The translations under genes were made by a program, and so were the position numbers. Below are positions 1 to 7,198 of a DNA stretch of 31,581 nt, in pieces. Each line of letters starts with the position of its first letter. Positions within the stretch are counted from its first letter, which is position 1. The DNA is from a virus. Lineage: Duplodnaviria; Caudoviricetes. The notes beneath the pieces were generated by a model. That model worked only from the letters and a program-made list of their open reading frames with translations, was not told where the DNA came from and ran no database searches. The stretch lies in the IMG/VR virus record IMGVR_UViG_3300030331_001136, positions 1 through 31,581 of that record. One strand, 5' to 3'.

Positions 1-98
1 ATAAATTCTTTTGCTTCTATCCTATCCAATAAAACCTGTTTCCATTTTTTGTTTATTGATTTATCTGCATGGGCTTTATCGTGACACTTTCGGCAAAC
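1..98. repeat. Terminal direct repeat / circular overlap, copy 1
   Basis: 1-98 is identical to 31480-31577; positions 99 and 102 differ from 31578 and 31581. Confidence 0.95.
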
Positions 99-278
99 GG
101 GAAATAAATTATCAATTCTATTTAATCGGTTGTTTTTTACCCCGCCAAGCCCCTTATTTTCTAAATGGTGTATATCTACCGCTTGTGCCATAAAACAGCC
201 CCAGCAGATAGGGATATCGCTTTCACAATACCCCCAAAAGTCTGAGAACAACTTTTTATAGTTCTTCAAGGTTTTCAT
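1..278 (-). CDS. HNH endonuclease (96 aa); continues across the junction into 31479..31467
   Basis: Manual translation from ATG at 278: MKTLKNYKKLFSDFWGYCESDIPICWGCFMAQAVDIHHLENKGLGGVKNNRLNRIDNLFPVCRKCHDKAHADKSINKKWKQVLLDRIEAKEFMDKI*. Has CxxC...DIHH...NL..CxxCH; ATGA overlaps with both neighbours. Confidence 0.9.
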   Translation of the reverse strand, partial: MKTLKNYKKLFSDFWGYCESDIPICWGCFMAQAVDIHHLENKGLGGVKNNRLNRIDNLFPVCRKCHDKAHADKSINKKWKQVLLDRIEAKEF

Positions 279-742
279 TTCATACATTTGTTAAATGCTT
301 CAACTGACTTTTCTGTTAAGACAAGTATTTGGTTTTCGTTAAAACGACCACCGCCCATTGAACGACCAACAACACCTGTAACAAACATAACTAAATTTGG
401 ATTTATATAATTACCAGTTTTCTTTAGTTCATTTGTTACTGCTTTTTGAACTGATGGTTCTGATGGTTGGTGAGCATATCTTGTATCTTGTGGCTCTTGT
501 GGCTGACCATTTTTAGGCACAATATAAAGGTTTTTTATATTAAAATATTCATTTCCCTTACCCGACCTTTTAGAACTACTAATATCATAACTAATATTGT
601 CACCAACTTGCGGTACAGGGTTTAAATTTTCCCTTATATACAACCATTCATTTTCGGTTGTAACGATAAGATAGTTATATTCCATCATACCAGCATCATT
701 TACTTTCCCTTTATTTTCGATTTCTTTTATTGTTTTATTCAT
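275..742 (-). CDS. Hypothetical protein, possibly OB-fold ssDNA-binding
   Basis: ORF track 275..754; likely start MNKTIK at 742 behind a GGAG RBS. Beta-rich N-terminus and P/Q-rich linker; SSB role inferred from position only. Confidence 0.6.
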   Translation of the reverse strand: MNKTIKEIENKGKVNDAGMMEYNYLIVTTENEWLYIRENLNPVPQVGDNISYDISSSKRSGKGNEYFNIKNLYIVPKNGQPQEPQDTRYAHQPSEPSVQKAVTNELKKTGNYINPNLVMFVTGVVGRSMGGGRFNENQILVLTEKSVEAFNKCMK

Positions 743-756
743 TATTAACTCCAATT

Positions 757-1146
757 TTATTTATTAATTACGCTATAGCCACGACCTTCAAGACAATTAT
801 TAAGTAAATCTGTTCTTGTCTGTAACTTTGGACTTAACCATAACACCCGCCACCTAAGATTATTATAAAGCACCTTACTTTTATCCCAAAAATAACTTGT
901 GTTATCTTCGACAATACTTTTGCAAGTGTGCAAATCATCGTGGTATCTGTTCATGTCACCCTTAATATTGGCTGACGATTTACCCCGACTATCGACAATC
1001 GGGGTAGTTGAACAACTTATTAAAAACCCTAATGCAACTAAAGAAGCCATACCAATTAGAATTTTTGAAAAGATAACAGCACCTTTATTTCTTTTGCGGT
1101 AACTGTTCGCTTGTTCTATATGAAGTTTGAAATATTTATTATTCAT
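757..1146 (-). CDS. Putative lipoprotein
   Basis: Hydrophobic stretch ending in lipobox-like LISC-STTP; C-terminal CLEGRGY; start probably MNNKYF at 1146. Confidence 0.65.
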   Translation of the reverse strand: MNNKYFKLHIEQANSYRKRNKGAVIFSKILIGMASLVALGFLISCSTTPIVDSRGKSSANIKGDMNRYHDDLHTCKSIVEDNTSYFWDKSKVLYNNLRWRVLWLSPKLQTRTDLLNNCLEGRGYSVINK

Positions 1147-1348
1147 TGAACTTACCCCAAACTTCGTTCCATGTTTCTCTAACATAGATTTCAAGGTTAT
1201 CTTCTGTGATAAAAAAGTCGTAACCTTTTTTTCTTAACTCTTTAGCTTTGCCCTGTGCTTCTTCTAGGGCATCGCTATTCTTGCAAATATTCGGAATCAA
1301 AGTGTAAAGAAACTTTTCTTCTAAATGCTCTTTGTATTTTGCTGACAT
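1139..1348 (-). CDS. Hypothetical protein (69 aa)
   Basis: ORF with GGAG RBS, overlaps the next gene. Confidence 0.75.
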   Translation of the reverse strand: MSAKYKEHLEEKFLYTLIPNICKNSDALEEAQGKAKELRKKGYDFFITEDNLEIYVRETWNEVWGKFNE

Positions 1349-1503
1349 GATTGAACTCCAATTTTATTATTATATATTTTTATTATTTTAAAATTATTAT
1401 ACACCAAAGCATATTTATCTTGGTATATAATTTTGTAGTAATGCTTGACCTTACCATCTTCGATAAGGTCAAATCTTACATAGTTATTAAAAGATAATTT
1501 CAT
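1321..1503 (-). CDS. Hypothetical protein (60 aa)
   Basis: Start overlaps the upstream stop; part of a tight operon. Confidence 0.55.
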   Translation of the reverse strand: MKLSFNNYVRFDLIEDGKVKHYYKIIYQDKYALVYNNFKIIKIYNNKIGVQSCQQNTKSI

Positions 1504-1700
1504 TTATTCCCCCTATCTAAGTAATAACAATGCACCAACTTTTTTTCTATTTTTTCTGCTCTTTTAAAATCATCATATGTAAAATCGCCCTTTTGAATAA
1601 CGTCTTTGCCTTCAATAACTTGACAATTTTTTTTGAAATTTGCGATTGAACCTCTCAAAATTTCGATGTCTTTTTGGCTAAATTTCTTGTAATACATCAT
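1500..1700 (-). CDS. Hypothetical protein (66 aa)
   Basis: AAGGGGG RBS, operon continuity. Confidence 0.7.
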   Translation of the reverse strand: MMYYKKFSQKDIEILRGSIANFKKNCQVIEGKDVIQKGDFTYDDFKRAEKIEKKLVHCYYLDRGNK

Positions 1701-1854
1701 CGCCCCCTTTTTCAGTTTCTATTTCTCTATCCATAGGAACAGATATTTTTATATGTATAAAACCACCTGTCATTGATGAAATGGCATAATCACTTGGACA
1801 AGTTTTAAGCCAATTTAAAGTTGTTTCTATATTTTTTATTTGAAAGCTACTCAT
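1678..1854 (-). CDS. Hypothetical protein (58 aa, not in ORF track)
   Basis: Manual translation MSSFQIKNIETTLNWLKTCPSDYAISSMTGGFIHIKISVP...; AGGGGG RBS; fills the gap. Confidence 0.7.
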   Translation of the reverse strand: MSSFQIKNIETTLNWLKTCPSDYAISSMTGGFIHIKISVPMDREIETEKGGDDVLQEI

Positions 1855-1862
1855 AGTACCCC

Positions 1863-2051
1863 CTATATTTCTTTATCTAAAATTTGCTCAACCATAATTA
1901 TCTTACCATAAACAAAACACCCTTTTCGTGTTTTGCATTGTGATAAACCATCTTGAAAATCATAATCTTTAGATTCATAACTCTTAAATTCATCTTTAAG
2001 AACTTGTAACCAATCATATAATCTTTGATGTATTGTTTTTTTATTTTTCAT
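1863..2051 (-). CDS. Hypothetical protein
   Basis: Start probably MKNKK at 2051; the track's 'MEFI' is the RBS region. Confidence 0.7.
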   Translation of the reverse strand: MKNKKTIHQRLYDWLQVLKDEFKSYESKDYDFQDGLSQCKTRKGCFVYGKIIMVEQILDKEI

Positions 2052-2087
2052 TATAAACTCCATTTTTTATTATTATTATGATTTACC

Positions 2088-2136
2088 AAGTAAATCTTGT
2101 AAGGCAGAAACCATGTCTGCCTTAATAGGTTTACTT
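2088..2136. terminator. Long intergenic stem-loop (terminator or processing site)
   Basis: taaggcaga/tctgcctta inner stem plus aagtaaatct/aggtttactt outer stem. Confidence 0.55.
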
Positions 2137-2461
2137 AAATTTGAAAATGTCCGTGATTACTCAATTCAAATACATATGTTCCATTTCCATATTGCTTCTG
2201 AAAATTTGTCCAAAAGAATACGACAAAATATTTACCCGATTGTTTATCTTCAACAACTGTATAAGCTGGATAAAAATCTGTATCATATTTTCTTTTAATT
2301 AATTTTTGAACTTTTTGTGCTTGTCTATCAGCGTTCCAAAAATTTTTATAGAATTTTTTGTGGTATAAATCAGTTAGCTTTTCTTTGCCCCACCAATTTT
2401 GACATCTATCCAAAACTTTTTCGTATAAAACATTTTCATTATTTATAAATGTATTCGCCAT
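2135..2461 (-). CDS. Hypothetical protein (108 aa)
   Basis: GGGAG RBS, TAATG coupling. Confidence 0.75.
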   Translation of the reverse strand: MANTFINNENVLYEKVLDRCQNWWGKEKLTDLYHKKFYKNFWNADRQAQKVQKLIKRKYDTDFYPAYTVVEDKQSGKYFVVFFWTNFQKQYGNGTYVFELSNHGHFQI

Positions 2462-2601
2462 TAGATACTCCCATTATTATTAATAAATTGTTGTGCTTCT
2501 TTTTTAGTTCTAAAAATATCCAAAACTTTACCATTTAGAGATACAGCCCATTTACAAGCTGTACCCCAATTTTCAGTTTTATATATTTGGTAATTGTTCA
2601 T
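2461..2601 (-). CDS. Hypothetical protein (46 aa, not in ORF track)
   Basis: MNNYQIYKTENWGTACKWAVSLNGKVLDIFRTKKEAQQFINNNGSI*; TAATG overlaps at both ends. Confidence 0.7.
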   Translation of the reverse strand: MNNYQIYKTENWGTACKWAVSLNGKVLDIFRTKKEAQQFINNNGSI

Positions 2602-3059
2602 TAAATACTACCCATTCTGATTGTATGTGCATGACCATTTTCAAATGCTTCCATACCTCTATCAATAGAAACATTTTTCATTTCTCTAGCTTTAGATGGT
2701 TTGACACAATAAGTATTTACTGAACCATCAGCGGAATAATGAATTCTATCCATTTCTTTATTTACTGCTATTGGAACACATTTGATTGGTTCGCCAATAT
2801 TTCTATATTGAACACCATCACAATCCATGCCTTCTTCGACAATCACAGTATAACCATATTCAGAATTATTTTTATATCTGTTGAAGATAGTTTCTTTCAA
2901 AGTCAAAAAATCAGTAATTCTATATTGTCTAAAAAAGTTAATATAATCTCTTAACAGCACTCTGCATTTAGTATCATTCTTAACTAAATCGTAATAATAC
3001 TCGATTGCTCTTCTATCTTTAGCAAACTGTGTTGGGTTATTTTTTTTAAAAACATTCAT
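2601..3059 (-). CDS. Hypothetical protein, first gene of the early operon
   Basis: Start MNVFKK at 3059 behind GGAG; directly downstream of the predicted promoter. Confidence 0.75.
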   Translation of the reverse strand: MNVFKKNNPTQFAKDRRAIEYYYDLVKNDTKCRVLLRDYINFFRQYRITDFLTLKETIFNRYKNNSEYGYTVIVEEGMDCDGVQYRNIGEPIKCVPIAVNKEMDRIHYSADGSVNTYCVKPSKAREMKNVSIDRGMEAFENGHAHTIRMGSI

Positions 3060-3104
3060 TATGAACTCCATTATTATTTTATTATTATCGGCATCATTGC
3101 CCGT

Positions 3105-3128
3105 AAACCTAGCTTAAATCCTAGGTTT
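3105..3128. promoter_or_regulatory. Inverted-repeat operator overlapping the early promoter
   Basis: AAACCTAG-N8-CTAGGTTT covers the -10 and spacer. Confidence 0.65.
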
Positions 3129-3139
3129 TTAAATGTCAA
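3111..3139 (-). promoter_or_regulatory. Sigma70-type early promoter
   Basis: TTGACA (3139-3134), 17-nt spacer, TAAGCT (3116-3111). Confidence 0.75.
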
Positions 3140-3185
3140 CAACAGAATTAATTATTGTGTATTTTTTATATTTATTTATTATAAA

Positions 3186-3289
3186 ATGTGTCGATGGTAA
3201 TAATTTCCTCCAGCATTCGACAAGCATAATTGTTAAGAACTCCAATTTTTTAACAAAACATAGGGGATAATATGTTATTATCCCCTATG
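3186..3289 (+). ncRNA. Candidate structured leader / antisense RNA with three hairpins
   Basis: Stems tgtcga/tcgaca (3189-3222), tgttaa/ttaaca (3231-3255) and a perfect 14-bp stem (3259-3289); loops carry CCTCC and ACTCCAAT. Confidence 0.5.
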
Positions 3290-3649
3290 ACCTTAGAAAA
3301 TGACTTACAAATTGCTGTAAATGAATATCTAAACTATTTATCCAAAAGCTATAGATTTCGCCATTTTCATTGTCCTAATGAGGGAAATAGACCTGTTTCT
3401 TATAAAGTAAAACTAAAAAAAATGGGATTAAAAGCTGGTTGCCCCGATATAATTATCGAATATCCTCAAGGTAAAATCTTATATATTGAATTAAAAACCA
3501 AAAAGGGGCGGTTGTCTGATTCGCAAAAATTATGGGCTATACAATCAAAAGCTATGGGAACACCCCACTATATAGTGCAAGGGGAAATCACCGAATGTTT
3601 AGACGAAATCAAAAGTATTATTCAAAAAAACATTCCAGCGGGGTGTTAA
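3272..3649 (+). CDS. VRR-NUC domain nuclease
   Basis: E.DLQ...FHCPNEG...KKMGLKAGCPDI...IELKTKKGRLSDSQ motifs; start at 3272 or 3287. Confidence 0.9.
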   Translation: MLLSPMTLENDLQIAVNEYLNYLSKSYRFRHFHCPNEGNRPVSYKVKLKKMGLKAGCPDIIIEYPQGKILYIELKTKKGRLSDSQKLWAIQSKAMGTPHYIVQGEITECLDEIKSIIQKNIPAGC

Positions 3650-3664
3650 ATTTCCCATGTATGA

Positions 3665-3802
3665 TTAGACCTTGCGAAGCCTTAAAACCCGCTGACGGGC
3701 TTTATATGACGATTTATTTCGCCTTTTTGACCTCTTTTTTCGATTTATCGGTCTTTTATCAATTAATTCGGAAATAGTTGCTGTAGTTGTGAAACCACTC
3801 AT
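3665..3802 (-). CDS. Small Arg/Lys-rich protein (45 aa, not in ORF track)
   Basis: MSGFTTTATISELIDKRPINRKKRSKRRNKSSYKARQRVLRLRKV*; ATGA coupling. Confidence 0.65.
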   Translation of the reverse strand: MSGFTTTATISELIDKRPINRKKRSKRRNKSSYKARQRVLRLRKV

Positions 3803-3981
3803 TTTCCTACTTTCCGCATTGCTCGAACATGGGCTTGTGCAAAAGTTCTGCCTTTTTCCAAATCTTCAGCCATTTGTTTCATGTGTTTAAGGCTATGATG
3901 TCTTGCATGGCGGTTCATTGTCTTTTTTTGTCTTGATGTAAGATTTTTTGTAAATCTTTTAATAGAAGCTACTTTGACCAT
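3799..3981 (-). CDS. Small basic His/Lys/Arg-rich protein
   Basis: ORF track; TAATG coupling. Confidence 0.75.
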   Translation of the reverse strand: MVKVASIKRFTKNLTSRQKKTMNRHARHHSLKHMKQMAEDLEKGRTFAQAHVRAMRKVGK

Positions 3982-4076
3982 TATTTCTTTCGCATCTTCA
4001 TTTTATTTTTTTTCTTTTTCTTCTTTTTCTTATTCATAGGCTTTGAACTTGCTCTACTTCCATAATGATAAGGCAT
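3981..4076 (-). CDS. Poly-Lys microprotein (31 aa, not in ORF track)
   Basis: MPYHYGSRASSKPMNKKKKKKKKNKMKMRKK*; mixed AAA/AAG codons; TAATG coupling at both ends. Confidence 0.7.
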   Translation of the reverse strand: MPYHYGSRASSKPMNKKKKKKKKNKMKMRKK

Positions 4077-4177
4077 TATTTTTTCCCTTTCTTTTTCTTG
4101 TTACCTTTTTTCTGACTTTTTAAAATTGCCATTTGTAAGCCTTTAGGTAATTTTTTTTGTTTTTTAGTTAGTGCCAT
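4076..4177 (-). CDS. Lys-rich microprotein (33 aa, not in ORF track)
   Basis: MALTKKQKKLPKGLQMAILKSQKKGNKKKKGKK*; GAGGT RBS. Confidence 0.7.
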   Translation of the reverse strand: MALTKKQKKLPKGLQMAILKSQKKGNKKKKGKK

Positions 4178-4186
4178 ATTTACCTC

Positions 4187-4300
4187 TTAATGTAATACAG
4201 TTGAATGTATTACAATTAGGATAGCACAAAAAATTAAAATCTGAACCCATGTTTTTAACTGTTCAAAAGTTTCCCACATTTTCTGTAATTTTTTTTTCAT
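4187..4300 (-). CDS. Small single-TM membrane protein
   Basis: MKKKLQKMWETFEQLKTWVQILIFCAILIVIHSTVLH; GGGAG RBS before ATG 4300. Confidence 0.65.
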   Translation of the reverse strand: MKKKLQKMWETFEQLKTWVQILIFCAILIVIHSTVLH

Positions 4301-4466
4301 TAGTTTCTCCCTTTTCTTTTGGAACACATACTTGGTGTAAAGTTTTACATATTTTACATTGATAAACATTTACAAACCAGTTGTTAATTTTAGTTTCTAA
4401 TTCTAAACACTTTTCATTATGTAAAACTATTGAATTTTTTTGGAAACAATTCATGCAAACCATCAT
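4263..4466 (-). CDS. Small Zn-ribbon-like protein
   Basis: CxxC...CxxC; ATGA coupling. Confidence 0.55.
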   Translation of the reverse strand: MMVCMNCFQKNSIVLHNEKCLELETKINNWFVNVYQCKICKTLHQVCVPKEKGETNEKKITENVGNF

Positions 4467-4864
4467 TGTTTTTTCCTGTTCATAAGCTGTAATCCTTGTT
4501 TTCCGAAACGATAGCCAAATGAACTTCCAATAATGATATAAAGCATATTAGAAAACCAATCGGGTGTATGCTGGTCTAAAAACACAAAGCCTTCTTTTAC
4601 ATATTCTTGAGTAAAAGGCAAAAATGAACAAATCAATATACCGCCGAAAATCAATGACCAAAATTCGTCTTTCCAACTTCCGCCCATTTGGTCTGTTAAA
4701 GACCTCTCATTTAGCATTGCACTTGTTGCTTCAGTTTCAAAAACTTTAGCTTCTGCTTTTGCCCTAGCAACTTTTACTTCTGATTCTGCTTTTGATTTAT
4801 CTACCCTTCCTTGAAGCCAAGTGCCGACAAGTGATGATAAAGGTGAAATTAAGGCTTGTAACAA
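4463..4864 (-). CDS. Holin-like membrane protein (3TM holin-like)
   Basis: Adjacent to the endolysin; amphipathic N-terminus, SWKDEFW motif, two TM segments, SFGYR end; TTG start. Confidence 0.7.
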   Translation of the reverse strand: MLQALISPLSSLVGTWLQGRVDKSKAESEVKVARAKAEAKVFETEATSAMLNERSLTDQMGGSWKDEFWSLIFGGILICSFLPFTQEYVKEGFVFLDQHTPDWFSNMLYIIIGSSFGYRFGKQGLQLMNRKKQ

Positions 4865-4872
4865 ATTACCCC

Positions 4873-5307
4873 CTAAATGCTTTTTTCCATTTTCTCAATA
4901 AGCCTATTCCATCTATTTGTAGTTTGATTATAGGCTCGGCTATCTTTCATTTCTAAAATAGCTGTTTCAATATCATTGTTTTGTAAGGCTTGTTTAAACT
5001 TTTTAAATTGACTAAGTTTTGGTAAACCTAGTTGAAATGACATATGAATTACACATTCCCTTACATTGTCATCAATATCCATACCTTCGCAAAAAGTATT
5101 GGCATCATCTATCGCAACATCTAAATCTTTTTCAAATAATTCAACTGCTCTTTCATGTGTAATCGGTTTCATAAGTTCTTCTTTTTCATGGTCACGAATT
5201 AAATGTCCAGCCGAAATTGTCCAATATCCTAAATGGTCTTGGTAAGGCTCAAGCAATAACCCGCCTTCTTCTCGAATAATATCTTCCTGTAAGGTTACTA
5301 AATCCAT
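4873..5307 (-). CDS. Endolysin, GH24 (T4 lysozyme-like)
   Basis: EEG...YQDHLGYWTISAGH catalytic E-D-T pattern and MSFQLG; start MDLVTL at 5307. Confidence 0.9.
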   Translation of the reverse strand: MDLVTLQEDIIREEGGLLLEPYQDHLGYWTISAGHLIRDHEKEELMKPITHERAVELFEKDLDVAIDDANTFCEGMDIDDNVRECVIHMSFQLGLPKLSQFKKFKQALQNNDIETAILEMKDSRAYNQTTNRWNRLIEKMEKSI

Positions 5308-5492
5308 TCTATCCTCGATAATACAAAAGCTATAAACTGTGTGCCAACCATAAAACCAATAGCCCATAAAACATAGTTCAGTTTCTTAACCTCTTTTTGT
5401 AGATGATAAATATGGTTAGTTTCCAAATGTTCTATCTTATTGTAAAGATTGACTAAATGTTCTTTGCTTGTTTTTGGTTCTAATTTTGCCAT
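5298..5492 (-). CDS. Coiled-coil protein with C-terminal TM helix
   Basis: LETNHIYHL coiled coil, then a hydrophobic tail; lysis-module position. Confidence 0.7.
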   Translation of the reverse strand: MAKLEPKTSKEHLVNLYNKIEHLETNHIYHLQKEVKKLNYVLWAIGFMVGTQFIAFVLSRIEWI

Positions 5493-5523
5493 GTAAACAC
5501 CATATAATTTTTCAACCTCTATA

Positions 5524-5718
5524 TCAATATAATCTCATGTTTTCATTTACATTTACTAATTTACAATAACATTGATAATTTTTTGTTTCATCACCAATTC
5601 TTACTTCTTGTTTATGTAAATACTTTTGGAAATATTTACAATTATGCACATTCGATAAATGCAAATTTCCCGCTGGGATACCGCTAAGATAACAAGCTAA
5701 TAAAAAGGCTGGTTTCAT
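5524..5718 (-). CDS. Small Cys-rich, probably exported protein
   Basis: Hydrophobic N-terminus, four Cys residues. Confidence 0.65.
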   Translation of the reverse strand: MKPAFLLACYLSGIPAGNLHLSNVHNCKYFQKYLHKQEVRIGDETKNYQCYCKLVNVNENMRLY

Positions 5719-5720
5719 GC

Positions 5721-5756
5721 TAAACCATTGATTTTATTGACTATTTTTCCAGGATA
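5721..5756 (+). promoter_or_regulatory. IHF-box + TTCCWGGATA module, copy A
   Basis: taaaccattgattttattgactatttttccaggata; reverse complement of 5721-5733 = AATCAATGGTTTA, matching WATCAANNNNTTR. Confidence 0.7.
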
Positions 5757-5764
5757 TAAGCCCA

Positions 5765-6088
5765 TTATTTGCCATTCTTTTGCATATATGCAGAAGTTCC
5801 CATGTAAGCACCTACAATACCAGCACCACTAATATAAAATAAATTCGATATATCGCTAAGTGCATTTACTCTTTCGATAGGTACTATAAACATCGCAACA
5901 GTAAAAACACCCATGCCGATTAAGGTATATCTTGCCATTCTAAGTTGTGCTAAATTTTTTCTAAGTTTTGTTTCAGTTTCTTTAATTTCTTTAACATGGC
6001 TTAATTCTTCATCTGAAACTACACCATCACCATCAGTATCATAATCAGAAAAAACACTATCTTTTTGAAATTTTTTTTGTTTAGCCAA
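5765..6088 (-). CDS. Membrane protein with EF-hand-like loop and two TM helices
   Basis: DTDGDGVVSDEE loop; two hydrophobic segments; TTG start. Confidence 0.75.
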   Translation of the reverse strand: MAKQKKFQKDSVFSDYDTDGDGVVSDEELSHVKEIKETETKLRKNLAQLRMARYTLIGMGVFTVAMFIVPIERVNALSDISNLFYISGAGIVGAYMGTSAYMQKNGK

Positions 6089-6152
6089 AGTAAAAACCCC
6101 CTAAAAAACTAAAAGACCATATGCCTAATGTTAAAAATATAAAATTTATCAT
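6081..6152 (-). CDS. 23-aa hydrophobic peptide (not in ORF track)
   Basis: MINFIFLTLGIWSFSFLGGFYFG*; TGATG coupling with the upstream gene. Confidence 0.45.
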   Translation of the reverse strand: MINFIFLTLGIWSFSFLGGFYFG

Positions 6153-6631
6153 CAATTTTTTATTTTATACAAATATGCCAAAAATACAATAAAACCTATA
6201 ACTGTGCATACTAGTAAAAATATCGCACAATAATTTATAATTTTATCTCTTTGTTGTTGTCTTGCATAAATAAATTGTTGCCTATCTTTTCTAATTTGTC
6301 CTTCTGTTGCCAAAAGTTCATTCCAGCCCGATTGTCCATATTGCCCCATAATAAGCATTTTTAATTCATGTCTTTGTTTTTCAAGTTGTTTCTTTGCTAT
6401 AAAACTATCTAGGGCAACTTTTTCAACATTACCGCTGTTAAAAATTGATTGAACTAATGTTGGCTGTTTTGCTCTTTTTTCATAATTTTCAATGTCTGAT
6501 GTATTGGAAATAAGCACTTTTAGCTGACCGCCCATTTCGGAAATATCTTTTCCTAATGCCACGCCCTGTTTAAGGTAATTAAAGGCTTTTGTCGCCCCTG
6601 TTAGTAATAATCCTATGGTTGCGGGGTCGAT
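6152..6631 (-). CDS. Membrane-anchored coiled-coil protein; start codon uncertain
   Basis: Frame is open upstream of GTG 6562 to (I)IDPATIGLLLTGATKAF; C-terminal TM helix. Confidence 0.7.
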   Translation of the reverse strand: MDPATIGLLLTGATKAFNYLKQGVALGKDISEMGGQLKVLISNTSDIENYEKRAKQPTLVQSIFNSGNVEKVALDSFIAKKQLEKQRHELKMLIMGQYGQSGWNELLATEGQIRKDRQQFIYARQQQRDKIINYCAIFLLVCTVIGFIVFLAYLYKIKN

Positions 6632-6640
6632 AATACACCT

Positions 6641-7189
6641 CTATTCTTCGGGAAAATCAAAGATTGGGGCATTTCCAGTTGGAACTCCATCTTTCATAGG
6701 TGTATCAAATAATTTAATAAAATTATCTAATGTTTTACACGCTGTTATTTTATCTTCAATATTTTTACAAGCATCTCTTATAGCTTTTCTTTTTGCTGTT
6801 ATATCTGAAGGTACTGCCAAACTCGAATCATCAGTTGCCCTAATAATATACCAATCCGACTTTGTAAGCATACTATTTGCTGATTCTTTTGTTTGTCTTA
6901 TCCAAATAGTTTTTAATCCCTCATTGATAAGTTTTGTTTTTCCATCTTCTTGATACAACTGTTTGCCATCTTCATCTTTAGCATCTTCATCATCAAGTTT
7001 TCGTTCAATACCTTTTGACCAATAAAAACGATTATCAAAACTTGTATCTTCTTCTTTTTCCCAAACTAATTTAAATTTCTTTTTATCTTCAGCACTCCAA
7101 GCACTAGCCCAATTATAGGGGTGTTTGTATGTGCCATCTGACCAAGACTTTCCCTCTTTGATTATTATTCCATTATGTTTCCAAGGCAT
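6641..7189 (-). CDS. Tail-fibre-associated / assembly chaperone-like protein
   Basis: C-terminal LTKSDWYIIR...RKAIRD pattern; directly after the receptor-binding gene. Confidence 0.65.
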   Translation of the reverse strand: MPWKHNGIIIKEGKSWSDGTYKHPYNWASAWSAEDKKKFKLVWEKEEDTSFDNRFYWSKGIERKLDDEDAKDEDGKQLYQEDGKTKLINEGLKTIWIRQTKESANSMLTKSDWYIIRATDDSSLAVPSDITAKRKAIRDACKNIEDKITACKTLDNFIKLFDTPMKDGVPTGNAPIFDFPEE

Positions 7190-7198
7190 TTTTTTCTC

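Noticed and set aside
1-98. End repeat as a biological terminal repeat or att site
   Set aside because: It falls inside a coding gene and no integrase is present; an assembly overlap is more likely.
742-3071. Shared MEFIM/MELIM N-termini on several ORFs as a conserved peptide
   Set aside because: They are translations of the (A/T)TGGAGTT RBS upstream of the true ATG.
3147-3227. 26-aa minus-strand mini-ORF
   Set aside because: SD-to-ATG spacing is about 12 nt, it lies upstream of the predicted promoter, and its sequence is low-complexity; kept only as the alternative to the antisense RNA idea.
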